From positions 22,878,001 through 22,942,000 of the forward strand of contig OZ024746.1 in NCBI GenBank assembly GCA_964016885.1: a stretch of 64,000 nucleotides of DNA, in the 5' to 3' direction. The position numbers were made by a program, and so were the translations under genes. Source of the DNA: Eledone cirrhosa. Taxonomy: Eukaryota. The stretch's first letter is position 1. Every line of letters starts with the position of its first letter. The notes beneath the pieces were generated by a model, which did not search any database, had not been told where the DNA came from, and was given only the letters and a program-made list of their open reading frames with translations. Below, one piece after another: positions 13,715 to 27,278 of this stretch.

Positions 13715-14020
13715 GTTAGGTTGTTCAACTCCCAATCGTAATGTCCTGAGTTAGATTCCCGGCGGTGCGTTACGTCCTTGAGCAAGATACTTTATTTCAT
13801 ACTGCTCCATTCCACGCAGCTGGAAAAAGACAAGTTGTATCTGTAGTTCAAAGGGCCTGCTTTGTCACACACTGTATCACACTGAATCTTCCTGAGGACT
13901 ATATTAAGTTTTGCACGTGGTTGTAGAATACTCGGTCATTGGCACATCAATTACACGAGCAGGCTGTTCCGTTGATCAATCAGTTAGAACACTCCTCGTT
14001 GGAACAGATGGAGGTCCAGG
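13715..14020 (+). mobile_element. SINE family B
   Basis: gtccttgagcaagatactttatttc core and downstream cacgagcaggctgttccgttgatc. Confidence 0.7.
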
Positions 14021-14897
14021 TCACGTACACGCACATTAGTATTGTATAAAATAACCTAGCATTGGTAAAGGTAACTTAATCGAAATATTTCGATTCCACC
14101 TTATTTCTACCTGTATAATCATATTACAAGATATTGATAACGTATTTCGTATAGGCATTATTATAACCAATTACTCTATTTTAACGTACAAAATATTCCG
14201 TTCATAACCTATTACCAATTAGGTAATACAAATAGCTTCGTTCTCTATAAGTTTTATCAATTTTTACATGTTTTTCTTTTTATTTTTACTGATTTTTATT
14301 GTTCACACCGAAATATAATTATTTTATATGACACCAGAACTAAAATATATAATTACCTGCTAATGTTTTTGTTCATTAAAACAATATGGCTAAAATAATT
14401 TATCGCTCACTATATTTAATATTTTATCTGACTTTCAATACGAACACTTCTGAATTTCTGCAATTAGATTTACCAGTATTTATATTTTCATCTAAATTCC
14501 TATTTCTCCAAATATCGTTATTAGTTCATTTTCTAATGTCCATTGCCCAATAACGCAGCAGGTGTAATTTCATTTTCATCAATAAATAAAAATTGTCTAT
14601 AAAAATTAATGGTGTTAACATTAATAGTTTGTCTGGGTGAGCAAATTACATCCAATCGAGAGTTGATCTCAATTCTTTACGCTATCTAGCTGGCCCTTCA
14701 CAATTCGGAATATGCTTTGTCGTCAATAATATAACACACCCTTTTGGTGTTTGTAGAATATGTTACAATAATAATCACCGTTTCCTTATGAAGTATATGA
14801 TGGACCCAATATAACCGAATAGTTATGAAGTTCGTTTGACAAATGTGAGAATCCTGGTTCGATTCTACTGTGTGGCATACTTGGAAGGTACTTTATA

Positions 14898-14970
14898 CAC
14901 GGTGTCCCAAAAGTCACTAGTCCATTTTAAATTATATATAAAATTGTCTGGTGACCTTTGGTCCACCTTG
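14898..14970. mobile_element. Tiny Tc1/mariner-like MITE
   Basis: ta|cacggtgtcccaaaagtcactag ... ctggtgacctttggtccaccttg|ta. Confidence 0.55.
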
Positions 14971-15309
14971 TACTACAGCCTCGTGTAAACTCGAGCCTCG
15001 TGAATGAAAGTGAGCAGGTAGAAGCCCATCGGTTGGATTGCACATGTAATTCAATAGTGCAGCACCGTCATATACTCTATCATGCTGAATCTCTTCCATG
15101 ACGATTACGTTAAAGGTACACGTGTATATGGATGCTCAGTCACTTGCACGTAGATTTGATAAGTACAAAATTTCGTTGACCGAACAACTGGAGCATTCAT
15201 CGTCGAATTAGACGCAGGTCCATTATATTACATCTCTGATCAATATTTCCTCACCACTGGCATAAACACATTGCCATGAGCGTCGCTCAGTCTTTAATTA
15301 AATCATAAA

Positions 15310-15635
15310 GCGGTGAATTGGCAGAGTCGTTAGAACTGTCGGATAGATTGCTTGGCTATATTCGTTCCGGCTCCCTGCTCCCTCAGTTCAAATCCTGCCG
15401 TGATCAATTTTGCCTTTCATCCTTTCTAGGCCGATAAAAAGTACCAGTCCAGCCCTGGCGCCGACTCTTCCTCTATATCTCTTTCTCAATTTCTATATTT
15501 CTCTAGAAGATACCTGTTGTATTCAGGAGATGGATGTGTTCCGCCAGTCTAAAATGCCCAAGAAATGCCGTATGTCACTACGCTGCCGGCGCCCTTACAA
15601 CTCCGTCAAGATTTACGGGACCATACCATACCATA
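15310..15635 (+). mobile_element. SINE family A2 (family A head and core with an alternative tail ending in (ACCAT)n)
   Basis: Homologous to 17005-17340, 60485-60745(-) and 61965-62285. Confidence 0.75.
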
Positions 15636-17004
15636 ATATATTGCATTATATTTTATCATGTCGGCAGTTTTCTCCTAGTATATGTTATCAACAAAGTGTG
15701 AAACCTGATATGATATAGAACATCTAAATATTTTACACAATGCCTAAAACTTCACGGCAAGGTATAAAATGTAATCCTCTGTATACATTTTCTAGACATT
15801 CTGAAGATTAACCAGGTAAAGACTATAAAGTCAGAAAATAATAGGTTTATTTACGACTTTGCCTTGGAGTATCAGACATTCTGTGGCTTAGAGGTTTGGA
15901 AAATCATTCAATATTGTTTTGAAACAAGAAAACCATGATTGACATAGATATTCGGAAAAGACATTAGATTCAACAGTTACATTCCGATTATATGTTTACT
16001 TAAAGGTATTTAAGAACTTTCCTGTAATAATGCTTTCTGATTTAGACAGAAGGTCAAACATTTTCGAAGAACGAAACAGTTCGACAACAGTTCATTACTG
16101 GTACTTTATTTTATCAACCCCGTAAGGATGAATGACAAAGCTAATCTCGACGGGATTTGAAATCGGAATGTAAAAGGCCGTAATTATATGCTGTGAAGTA
16201 TGTTGTCCGACGCCTTACAGATACTGCCAATCCACCGCCCTACATTCCAGTAATAAAGAATCCTATTAACTTAATATAAGAAACATATTACTTTCTAGAA
16301 CACATAATCTAAGTCCACCAGTGTATATTACTCCATTCCTAGTGCTCAGACGCGAGGGTCTACACAAGCGGAAAGGACTTGAGGTTGTTCAGGGGGCGTA
16401 ACTCTCCATAGGTTAAAAGCTGTCAAAATAGATGAAACCTTCTTACCAACCTGTAGTTTATGTGTTTATTTGATCATTTAAAAAGGAAATATCTTTTAGA
16501 TTATAAAGATCTTGATTGCATGTTTATTTAAAGATATTCAAAATTTTTCCAGTAATAATTGTTTCTATATTTGACATGAGGTCAGCAATTTGAAAGGAAA
16601 GAGAAAGTCAATCAAATCGATCCCAATACATTACTGGTACTTTATGTTAGGATGAAAGACAAAGTTAACCTCGACGAGATTTCAACTTAGGATGTAAAAG
16701 CCCGTAACTATATATCGCAAAGAATGTTATCAGATGCTCTACCGATACTGCCAACCCACCGCCCTAATTCCGGTAATAATGACTCATGTTAATATACTCG
16801 ACCAAAAAATAAAATGTAATTATCAAATTTGTACACTCGTAAATTATAATGTGAAAACATCAAAATTACTCCATTTTCAAAGCCTGACCGATTTCTTACG
16901 GGCTCAGAAATGTTGCCTCATACGGTAAAATCAACCTAATTTTGGTGGCATAATGTGCTTTCAAATAGTAGCTCCATAATGGTGATTAATTATAAAATAT
17001 TATA

Positions 17005-17340
17005 ACATAAAACGGCTAATTGGTTGTTAGTATGTTGGATTGAGGGTTTTGTGGTGTTCATTCCAGCTTTCTGTTCTCTGAGTTTAAATCCTGCAGAGTC
17101 AACTTTTCCTTTCATCCATTCGAGGTCGATAAAAATATACTACTCTAGTACTGGGATCGATTCTTCCTCTATATCTCTTTCTCACTTCCATTCTCTCACT
17201 CTCTATCCTTCTCTGGAAGAAATCTGTTCTACTCAGGTCTGGAGAGGGTGGGCACCGCCAGGCTAAAATCCCTCAGAAACGCCGTATGTCAATACGACGC
17301 CCGTACAATTTCACCAGGAGTTACGTGACCATACCATAAT
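17005..17340 (+). mobile_element. SINE family A2
   Basis: Core then tcttcctctatatctctttctc...ggagttacgtgaccataccata. Confidence 0.75.
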
Positions 17341-18338
17341 ATGGAAATAATTATAATACACATTATCATGATTAGACATAATTACATTTTAGTTAATCGA
17401 CAGTCAATTAACTAATTTGACTAAATTAACCAATAATTGACCAATTTGCATATCCTTAATCATTTCACATCTACTGCACAATATATTTCGCAATAGCTAC
17501 CAGCCTAAAGAAGAAGGTCATATGCCCTGCACTTCCTTCTCTGACAATGTCATAAAATACCAGTAACGCACTCGGGGCAAATTTGATCGACGTTCCTCCC
17601 ACCAAATTGTTAGATCTTGTGCCTAAATCGGTAACCGCTACTGTTTTCATTATTGGCGGTGGATTGGCAGAATCAGTAGATAGTCAGACGCCATGCTTTG
17701 CAGCATAGTTAGGGCCCTTTACGGTCTGCGTTCAAATCCCGCCGAGGTTAACTTTGCCTTTCATCCTTACGGGATCGATAAATAAAGCCCCAGTAAATCA
17801 CTGGGTTATTGCTGGCTTTGTGCCAAACATTATTGGCATATATGTATCATCATTTCCTCCTCAAAACATCACATTCATATAGTGAATGGAAATCTATTAA
17901 ACTACACATAACATCAGCTGCTGTGTCATTGGCAACAACATTGTTTACAATTCTTCAGTTTCATAAGAATTATTCACAATTTCCCCACCCCTCCTGCACT
18001 ACACCGCCTTCCTCTACTCTCCCATTTCTTTTCATTATCTATCAACCATCCAACCATACAATAAAAAGTTGTTTATTCTTATTATTCAATCCTGGAAAAC
18101 TTATTTATATTCATTTAAACTAAATATCATCTTTGTTTGTTTAGTTTGACAGAATCACCAGCGAAATTGACGATATTTGGTTTTACTGTTGGTTTCCCAG
18201 GGTAGGTTTTGCTTGTAATTTGCGTCAAAAGATATTATGTATTTTATCAAGCAAAAAACCACAAATAATCAATAAAAAAGAATATCACATGCTTCACATC
18301 GTAAATAAATAACAATCTTTAAATTACATTTTCTATTT

Positions 18339-18366
18339 GCTTACCTGAAAAAAAAAAAAAAAAAAA
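18339..18366 (-). promoter_or_regulatory. Candidate recursive splice site (juxtaposed 3' and 5' splice sites)
   Basis: Minus strand reads T19-CAG|GTAAGC. Confidence 0.4.
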
Positions 18367-18509
18367 TTCCATTTTCCCGTGATTATATTTGTTTTAGATT
18401 AATATCAAAAAGATATATCATGGGATTGAAGAAATGAAATTTTCGTCATTCAAATGACTGACACACGAATCTTGGCAAATAAGGAGTTACTAATTTTTAT
18501 CACACGCAT

Positions 18510-18555
<46 letters not shown>

Positions 18556-18749
18556 CTTTAAATATTTAATTATCTATGAAGTAGTGGGTCTCAGCCATTG
18601 GAAACCCCACCTTAAACTCTAAAATGAGTGAGGGATCTTTGGGTGTCAGACACACAGCTTCATAGAAAACTAAATACTTATAGATGTATGCCAACAACAG
18701 ATCACTCCACTTTGACTGCTGCCAAGAATTCTCTCTTTCTATTTATATA

Positions 18750-18930
18750 TAGTTTCAACAATGCCATGTACAGGTCCTTAAGTTTTGTTGGGTTGTTTAC
18801 CCCAACTAATTCAGACTGTCATAATGAGTTGGGGTAAACAACACAACGAAACTTAAGTATCTGTACATGTCACTATTGTAACTAATTATATTTAACTCGC
18901 CCCGTGGACTGAGTGCTCTAAATCCTTTGA
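18750..18930 (+). mobile_element. Diverged fold-back element with degenerate hammerhead
   Basis: Arms 18750-18807/18827-18884; caga-CTGtcatAATGA-gttg..caac-GAAAC-ttaa-GTA-tctg; tail contains ctgagtgctc. Confidence 0.7.
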
Positions 18931-19200
18931 TATTTATACCAAATATTTATTACATTATATATAATTTTGGTAGGTTTCGGTCAGTATTGGTTCAGGCCTA
19001 GTCTAACTTAATTAGATTCCTCGACCAATCGGCACGTTGTGTTCTTGAGCAAGACTCTTCATTTCATATTGCGTTTCATAATAAGACTGGGATCCATATA
19101 ATAAATACAGCCAACAAGCCATTTCTCTCCAGATCTGAACACATCCGATTTATCCGAGTGACAGAGAAAGAGAAGAAGGGATATATATATATATATATAT

Positions 19201-19748
19201 ATAAAATATTAAAAAAATAATGAATAAAACAATGAAACAGTTCCTTATATTAAACAAAAAAAGTTCATTATTTAACGATCGTTTCTAGGATATATATGTG
19301 TTAGAATTGGCATGCATATTCAACAGATCTATGTACAAAATTATACAAAATTATACAAACTATCAAAATTAAATATACATACCAAACACATACATATGCC
19401 GTCTTCAGAAGACGGCATATGTATGTGTTTGGTATGTATATTTAATTTTGATAGTTTGTATAATTTTGTATAATTTTGTACATAGATCTGTTGAATATGC
19501 ATGCCAATTCTAACACATATATATCCTAGAAACGATCGTTAAATAATGAACTTTTTTTGTTTAATATAAGGAACTGTTTCATTGTTTTATTCATTATTTT
19601 TTTAATATTTTATCTTGACTCTGTATTCCGTTTATCTTTCACTGAAAGTGATTTTTCATTGCATCTCTTCTTTCCATGATATCCGGATTACATTGAGTTC
19701 TTCATACGGATTGGACACTACCGTAAACTCTTGGTAGATTTATCTACA
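19201..19748 (+). mobile_element. Perfect 206-bp-arm palindrome plus 135-nt tail, in (TA)n
   Basis: Arms 19201-19406/19408-19613 around a single-nt centre at 19407; apex gtcttc-a-gaagac; arm contains GAAAC-GATC-GTT. Confidence 0.9.
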
Positions 19749-19973
19749 TATATATATATATATATATATAAGTATGTACGCGTACATACATATATGTATA
19801 CAGACGTACAGTAGTATGTATATATATACATACATGCACACATATATATATGTACGTATGGATTTACCGAACATTTATTATAATGTTCGGTTTGTTTGTA
19901 AACAAATAGCCCGAATTAAGCCGTACAGTGTTTAGCAACCATCGTTGCCCTTTTGTTCAACACTGACAAAGGA

Positions 19974-20016
19974 ACGATGTACTAGTTTCAAGCTTATTAG
20001 CTATCGTCAGCACCGT
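19974..20016 (-). ncRNA. Minimal type I hammerhead ribozyme
   Basis: acggtg-CTGACGA-tagctaataagctt-GAAAC-TA-GTA-catcgt: 6-bp stem I, stem II agct/agct, palindromic stem III. Confidence 0.8.
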
Positions 20017-20134
20017 ATACCTTCCTGCCAGATGATTGAACGTCTGAAAGTATATACTTTCCTTATGAATATTAACGGCTGAGTAGCCTAATTTGCATAT
20101 CGAGTGAGTTAATCGGCCGGGCGCACCGAAAACG

Positions 20135-20343
20135 ATAAATGGAAAAAATGAAACGAAATTTCATTTCTCACTCTTAGTACGGCTGTTACTTAAATATAAG
20201 TATGTATATGTGTGCATGTATGTATATATACACATACTACTGTACGTCTGTATACATATATGTATGTACGTGTACATACTTATATTTAAGTAACAGCCGT
20301 ACTAAGAGTGAGAAATGAAATTTCGTTTCATTTTTTCCATTTA
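20135..20343. repeat. Inverted repeat of ~72-bp arms, with loop itself inverted relative to 19770-19850
   Basis: ataaatggaaaaaatgaaacg...aagtatgta / tacatactt...ttttttccatttat. Confidence 0.85.
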
Positions 20344-20354
20344 TATATATATAT

Positions 20355-20562
20355 ATATGAACGAGTAGGACCCCGACGGCTGAGCTCAAGCCGTTTCGAC
20401 GGCTAATTCTGGACTAAAATGTTTTAGTCCAGAATTAGCCGTCGAAACGGCTTGAGCTCAGCCGTCGGGGTCCTACTCGTTCATATTACCCACTCTACTA
20501 CCCTAAGTATTGAGTACTTTGGTGCGTTATGGTCCATCTGTTTCCTTACCACATTTCCTTCG

Positions 20563-20564
<2 letters not shown>
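20355..20564 (+). mobile_element. Fold-back element, family H1 copy 3
   Basis: 65-bp perfect arms 20355-20419/20422-20486 plus tail to 20564. Confidence 0.85.
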
Positions 20565-20620
<56 letters not shown>

Positions 20621-22245
20621 GTGGGGGTTATAGAGGAAGAATTAGCCCCAGTACTAGATTGATATTTAATTTTTCGACCTCGAAAGAATAAAAGGTAAAG
20701 TTGACCTCAGCGTGATTTGAACGAATACTGCGAAGCAGTCTATCCGAAGTTCAAACGACTCTAACAATTCGCCGCTTATATATCATGTAATATGGGATGG
20801 CGAATCAATAGAGTTTTTAGAATGTCAAATTAAATTACTCAGAATTTGTTCTAACTCATAGCATTCTGAGTTCAAATTCTGTCAAGGTTAACTTCGACGT
20901 TCATACTTTCAAGGATTGATAAATAAAATAACAATCCAGAGGTGATGGATTTGCGGAATTATTAAAGAATTGGATGAGATGATTTTCTGGTATCTGATCC
21001 AGTGTTGTGCGTACTGAGTACAAATCATGTCTTTTTCTGCCAAGAGTTGTGGCTGGCAGATAGTGCCAACAATGGAAACATCAATGAAAACATTTCTTTG
21101 GTCCCATCTGGCGCTCGGCTTGATTTTGTTTTTATATTTATCTAAAAAAAAACATTCCATCATAATTCAATGTAAAAAACAAAAAAACTTTTGTTAACTA
21201 ATGCTCCAAACACCAGCTTGCTAATGAAAACGTTAAGTTTCCTTGGTCCGATATGACAATTAGCTAATTTCCTTTTCTTTCTCTTGTTTTTCCTTGTTTT
21301 GTTTTAATATGACATAGAAAGAAAACTTGATAAAATGTTCATGCAACGTTGTCCCTATCTGACTGGCTATTGTCGTAATAGAGTAAGACAGAAAGATCTC
21401 AGCTATTGGCTAGTATTTCATTGGTGAATTATCAAAACAAAGAAGCATGACAATGACAGAAATATAAGACAATGCCCCAGAGTGTTAGCAAGAATTACTG
21501 ACATTTAATATCGATAAAACCACACCACAGAATTCAGCAAATAGATTTGAAAGACGCTACTATCACGTGATAATTCAATCTTTATTTGTGGAACGATTCC
21601 GGTGTGTTTCATATCCGTTATTTGATGTGAAGAACTACTGTTACATTTCTTCTATATCATCTTTGCTGTTACCGTGGAGATGATATTTCTCGTTAGCATT
21701 TCTAACTCACCTATGCTATCAGTTTATTCAATTTTTACTTTTTATGCATCTATATATATTCTTTTTCTTGGAACTGTTTTTTTACTGAGCCTTGAGAATA
21801 ATTATCTAATAATATATTTAGTCTAAAAAATATCTCGAGTCTTTTCTCTATTCCATTATTTTCTTTTAATATCGTGTGTTAATTAACTAGATAGCATGAT
21901 AAATAATTATATAAAAGTTATTTTATTAATATTCGGCTCATATAAGCATAATTGCATTTTTACTTTTTGCTTTCTTTTGGCACTTCACAAACATTTTTTT
22001 TTTGTTCCTAATTTGACATTTTCTTTTAACTAGGAATATCGCCATTTTTTTATCATAAAATCCTTCAGAAATCTAACAAAATATTCTATGCTATTTCCAG
22101 AATATTTCTTTCTTTATTACTTTCCTGAAAAGATCTTTAAAGATCTTAAAATTCAAAACTTAACTTAATACAATCCGGTAAACTGGATTAAAATACTTCC
22201 GATGCTGTAAGCGAATATTTGAATATATATATTGACACACACGCC

Positions 22246-22355
<110 letters not shown>

Positions 22356-22759
22356 ATTATATTTATCTGATCTGAATGAATACACTATAGCAAGTAAAAT
22401 ATTATCTATTTCAAAATTTTTAAATATATATATTTTCTGGTTATGGACATTATCATATAAAATATAAGATATATGATTGGATTTATTGAAATGTGGAGAA
22501 TAGTATATGAGATTAAAATTAAATTCCTTATATTCTGGTTTATTTAAAAAAATATTTACGTAACCAGTTAACTGTATAAATAAGCTTATCTCGCTGAAGC
22601 CATTACAGCCTGTGCAATATCTCCGTTACTGAAAGTTTCTTCTTATACTGGAGAGACATTTTATAAGCGCAGGCGTAACTATGTAGTTTCGGGTTCTATT
22701 ATAATAGCCTCCTCGGGTTAATTAATTCCATGTGAGTGAAATTAGGTAAAAAGAAACTG

Positions 22760-23415
<656 letters not shown>

Positions 23416-24150
23416 ATGCTGATTCTATCTCCCAAATTTTATTCAAGGAATTTGTCAAACCAAGAAATCTCAGAGAATATAAACCCAGAAGTAGAGAGAA
23501 TTATTGATGTCTGTGAACATCCACGTTTATGGAATTTTTCTTGTAACAATTGTTAGGCGTTTCATTCTACGGCTTCGGTAATTAAACCCGTTTGATACCA
23601 AACCAACTGAATTTGCCCCTGGCACTACGATACGAAACCGTGTATCCTAAATTATCATACCCATAATAATTTTATGTAAAAACCTTTTTAAATCTATGCT
23701 CCAAATATTTAGTTTGAAAATCATACAAAAATCATAAGCAGTTTCTGCCATGAGAAATATAATAATGAAAGGGTTTAAATGTTTATATTTATTTTTACAA
23801 AACCTTCTTTATGCAAGACTTTATGTAAGAACATTGAAGTTATTCTCTACACGCCAGCTTAATAATGCGAAAGTTAGTTATATTAGTAAGTCTCTCTAAA
23901 TTCTAGATTATTTTCAAAATTATTTCAAAATCATAGGCAGTGTACAAGGGCGGTGCCCCAGCATGGCCTCAGCCGGATGGCTGAAACAGGTAAAAGAGTA
24001 AAAGAGTGTATTTCATTAGTGATATGGTATGGTAAGTGTTAAAGTATTCAGGCAGAAACTAGGTTATAGGAAGAATTTACAGACGGAATATTATTCGGTT
24101 GCTTCATCACATTTTAACAATGCTGTATTTGTGAATTACACAGACACGCG

Positions 24151-24234
<84 letters not shown>

Positions 24235-25089
24235 GAGAGAGAGAGATGGGTACATAGATAGATAGATAGATGTATATAGAAATGTATATAGATGTATATA
24301 GACTGACAAAGAACAGTGATTTCTGGTACAACAGATAACAGTTAAACCTCCTCCTCTCACTTTCTCACATATATGTACCATGAATTCTAAATAAAACTTT
24401 TACGGTGTATTTGACAGAAGGTAATGTTTATGTGACATACCGACAAACATAGAATTGAGTTAATATAATGTAGTTTATTCTCAGTAATATAGAAAAATGT
24501 TGTTATAGACGTCGACAAGATGGTAAGCTTGAGAAAATACATCACATCCTATAATACTAGATGTAAAAAAAAATGCAATAACAAAAAAAAACGCTAAATA
24601 TAGGTTGCTATGTATCGATTCTTTATCGAAACTGATTAAGACGTGATAAAAGATTTCTTTCTATCAAAAGGTCAATTTGAAAAACAATTTGGTACTGAAT
24701 AGTCTAATGACCTTTCGGAAACTAATGATATTTGTCAGTTTAATTGAATTTATCAAACTTTTTAGCACTTAACACTGTCTTCAGTTAATTAATTATTGGA
24801 GATCTGTGGCCGTGTTTGTCTTTTGTCTTCAACAGTTCAGTGGTTTGAAAGTTCGCTTAGCAATCATGACGTCCCGGGTTGGATCCCATCTCACCTCGTA
24901 GCATCTTGGGTAGATATCTGGTGTCTTTACCGTGGCCTCGGCTTGACCCAAGACAGGTGAGTGAAACTGAGTGAATGAGAAGCTCGTGCTTTGATTTGCT
25001 CCTGTAATTCAATGGACCACCCGAGTCACATAGTGTCACGGTAATTCGGTTTGAGAATCACGTTAAGTGGAATACTAAATCACTTGCAT

Positions 25090-25530
25090 TAGTGGATTAG
25101 CATGTAAAGCATGGCGTCCGACACGCCATGCTTTACAGCATAGAGTTACGGCCCTTTATGATCTAAGTTAAAATCCCGCCGATGTTAACTTTGCCTTTCA
25201 TCCTTACGGGGTTGATAAAATAAAGCACCAGTAATGTACTGGGTCGATTTAATCGACTTTCCCCTCCCCCTGGCCTTGTGCCTATACTATAAATCATTAT
25301 AATACGAATTGGGCGATAGAATGGCAGTATCAGTAGAGCGTCAGACAATATGCTTTGTGTCATATAGAGACGGCCCTTTACGCTCTGATTTCAAATCTCG
25401 CCGAGATTAGTTTTACTTTTCATCCTTACGAGGTCGATAAAATAAAGTACCAGTAACGCACTGGAGTCGATTTAATCGGCTTTCTCTTTCCCCAATATTG
25501 TTGGCCTTGTGCCTAAATCAGAAACCATTA
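25090..25530 (+). mobile_element. Two SINE family A copies
   Basis: Conserved core; the first copy has a short 5' inversion (gcatggcgtccgacacgccatgc). Confidence 0.8.
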
Positions 25531-26041
25531 TAATACAAAATGCTTTGTATTTGTAATTCAATGGCACAGCTTTGTCACGTAATGTATCACGCTGATTCAG
25601 CCTGGAAATTACTTTAAGAGTACACGTGTCTGTAGAATATCCAACATCTTTTACTAAAATATAAGATGGAATGTTTGTAAATAGAAAATTCAAACCTTGT
25701 TATATATTGTCACACTGATTTGGCCTGGTTAAGGTTACACGTACCTGTGACATACTCAACCAGTTCATGAGCTGGATGGTACCATTGATCGGACAGGTGA
25801 ATGTTCATTGTCAAAACCAACGGAAGATACAGCTTATCTAAGTAAATTAAATCTAAATATCTGGCTCTTACAATACCCGCTACGTGCCAGAATATTTCCT
25901 ACTTACTATAACTATAACTAGATTTTAAGAACAACTTCGAGGAATTTTCTTGTATTTATGTAGGTTGCGTAATGGTCTCTGTGTGTATGGATGGATGTAC
26001 GAATGTTTGAGCATTTATATAATACATACATACAGACAGAC

Positions 26042-26310
26042 ATGAGAAAGGCCCAGAACATCTCCTGGAAAGCACGTGTAGCAAATAAATCCCTCTACCA
26101 TCTATATCATCGCCTTTCTGACACTATAAATCGATCTAGATGTACACAGAGCTAGTTGGGAGGCCGAACAACACACTAAAGGATGCCCTTGAAGATGACA
26201 TTGAAGATGACATTGGGCTGGAGGCAAAGGAACTTCACATAGCAATGCTGGACATTTAAGCAGGAGCAGGAACCTCACTTCGGCACTTATAACGGATTTG
26301 TAGAAGATGT
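26042..26310 (+). mobile_element. RTE/RTE-X-type LINE 3' fragment, internally deleted
   Basis: MRKAQNISWKARVANKSLY... and GRPNNTLKDALEDD.GL...EL..AMLD. Confidence 0.65.
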
Positions 26311-26321
26311 GTGAGTGTATG

Positions 26322-26369
<48 letters not shown>

Positions 26370-26442
26370 TCTACTTACGTGTTACGTTATTAGTCTCTCG
26401 CCCTCTCTCTGCTACATAGGATATCTGTGCGGAGATACTTGC

Positions 26443-26484
<42 letters not shown>

Positions 26485-27068
26485 GCACACAAGCATACAT
26501 ACATATATAGGCATATTTATGTTTGTATATAAGTATGAAACTATTAGCAGGATTTTCAAACACGCGCGAACGCACATACACGCGCACACACACACATGCA
26601 CACAAACAGCAACATCTTCATTACCACCACTATCATTATCATTATCATCATCGACATCAATGTCGTCCACCGTCATCATTTAAAAGTCCACTTTTCCATA
26701 GTGGTCTGTGCTGGAAGTGAATTTTTGAGGCAGTGTTTTATGATCATAAAATACACTAAAATCTTTTTTATACATTGGTTACTTTACAACAAAATAACAT
26801 GATCTAACCAAGTCACATTTCTGTTCTTTATCCATAAATATTTTTACATAATTTTACATAAATTCAGGGTACATATTAAAGCGAAGTAACTCAAGCACCT
26901 TTCGTTCATATTTCGATGTTTTCGGGGTTTGTTTTGAAAAATATAAGCAGTGTGTATGCTGTAATAAGTTATCATATTTCGTTATTTATAATACAGCTTG
27001 AGTATAATGCGATATCTGTTCCCGAAGATAAAATAACGAGAATAAATTACATCCTTTTGTATAATATG

Positions 27069-27278
27069 CAGACCTATCAACTCTCCCCGTTCGACGGGGA
27101 GATCTCCCATCCACTTTGGGGTGAGTAAGAGATGACTTCTCTTGTGAAAATGGGTATAACTTTCATTATGTAAAACAATTATGTAAAATCACTCCAATTT
27201 TGCCAAATTTCTCTCCGTTTGGGGACATCTTTTTTCATAATACTCCTCGTTTTGGGGTTTTAAAGGTTGGCATGTCTG
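27069..27278. mobile_element. MITE with short TIRs and an apparent 6-bp flanking duplication
   Basis: aatatg|cagacctatcaac ... ggttggcatgtctg|aatatg. Confidence 0.6.

Noticed and set aside
21700-21716. Minus-strand AG|GTGAGT as a second recursive splice site
   Set aside because: No polypyrimidine tract upstream.
23470-23556. MADF-like peptide [15 protein letters not shown]
   Set aside because: Too short, followed by a stop, and no supporting splice sites or transposase.
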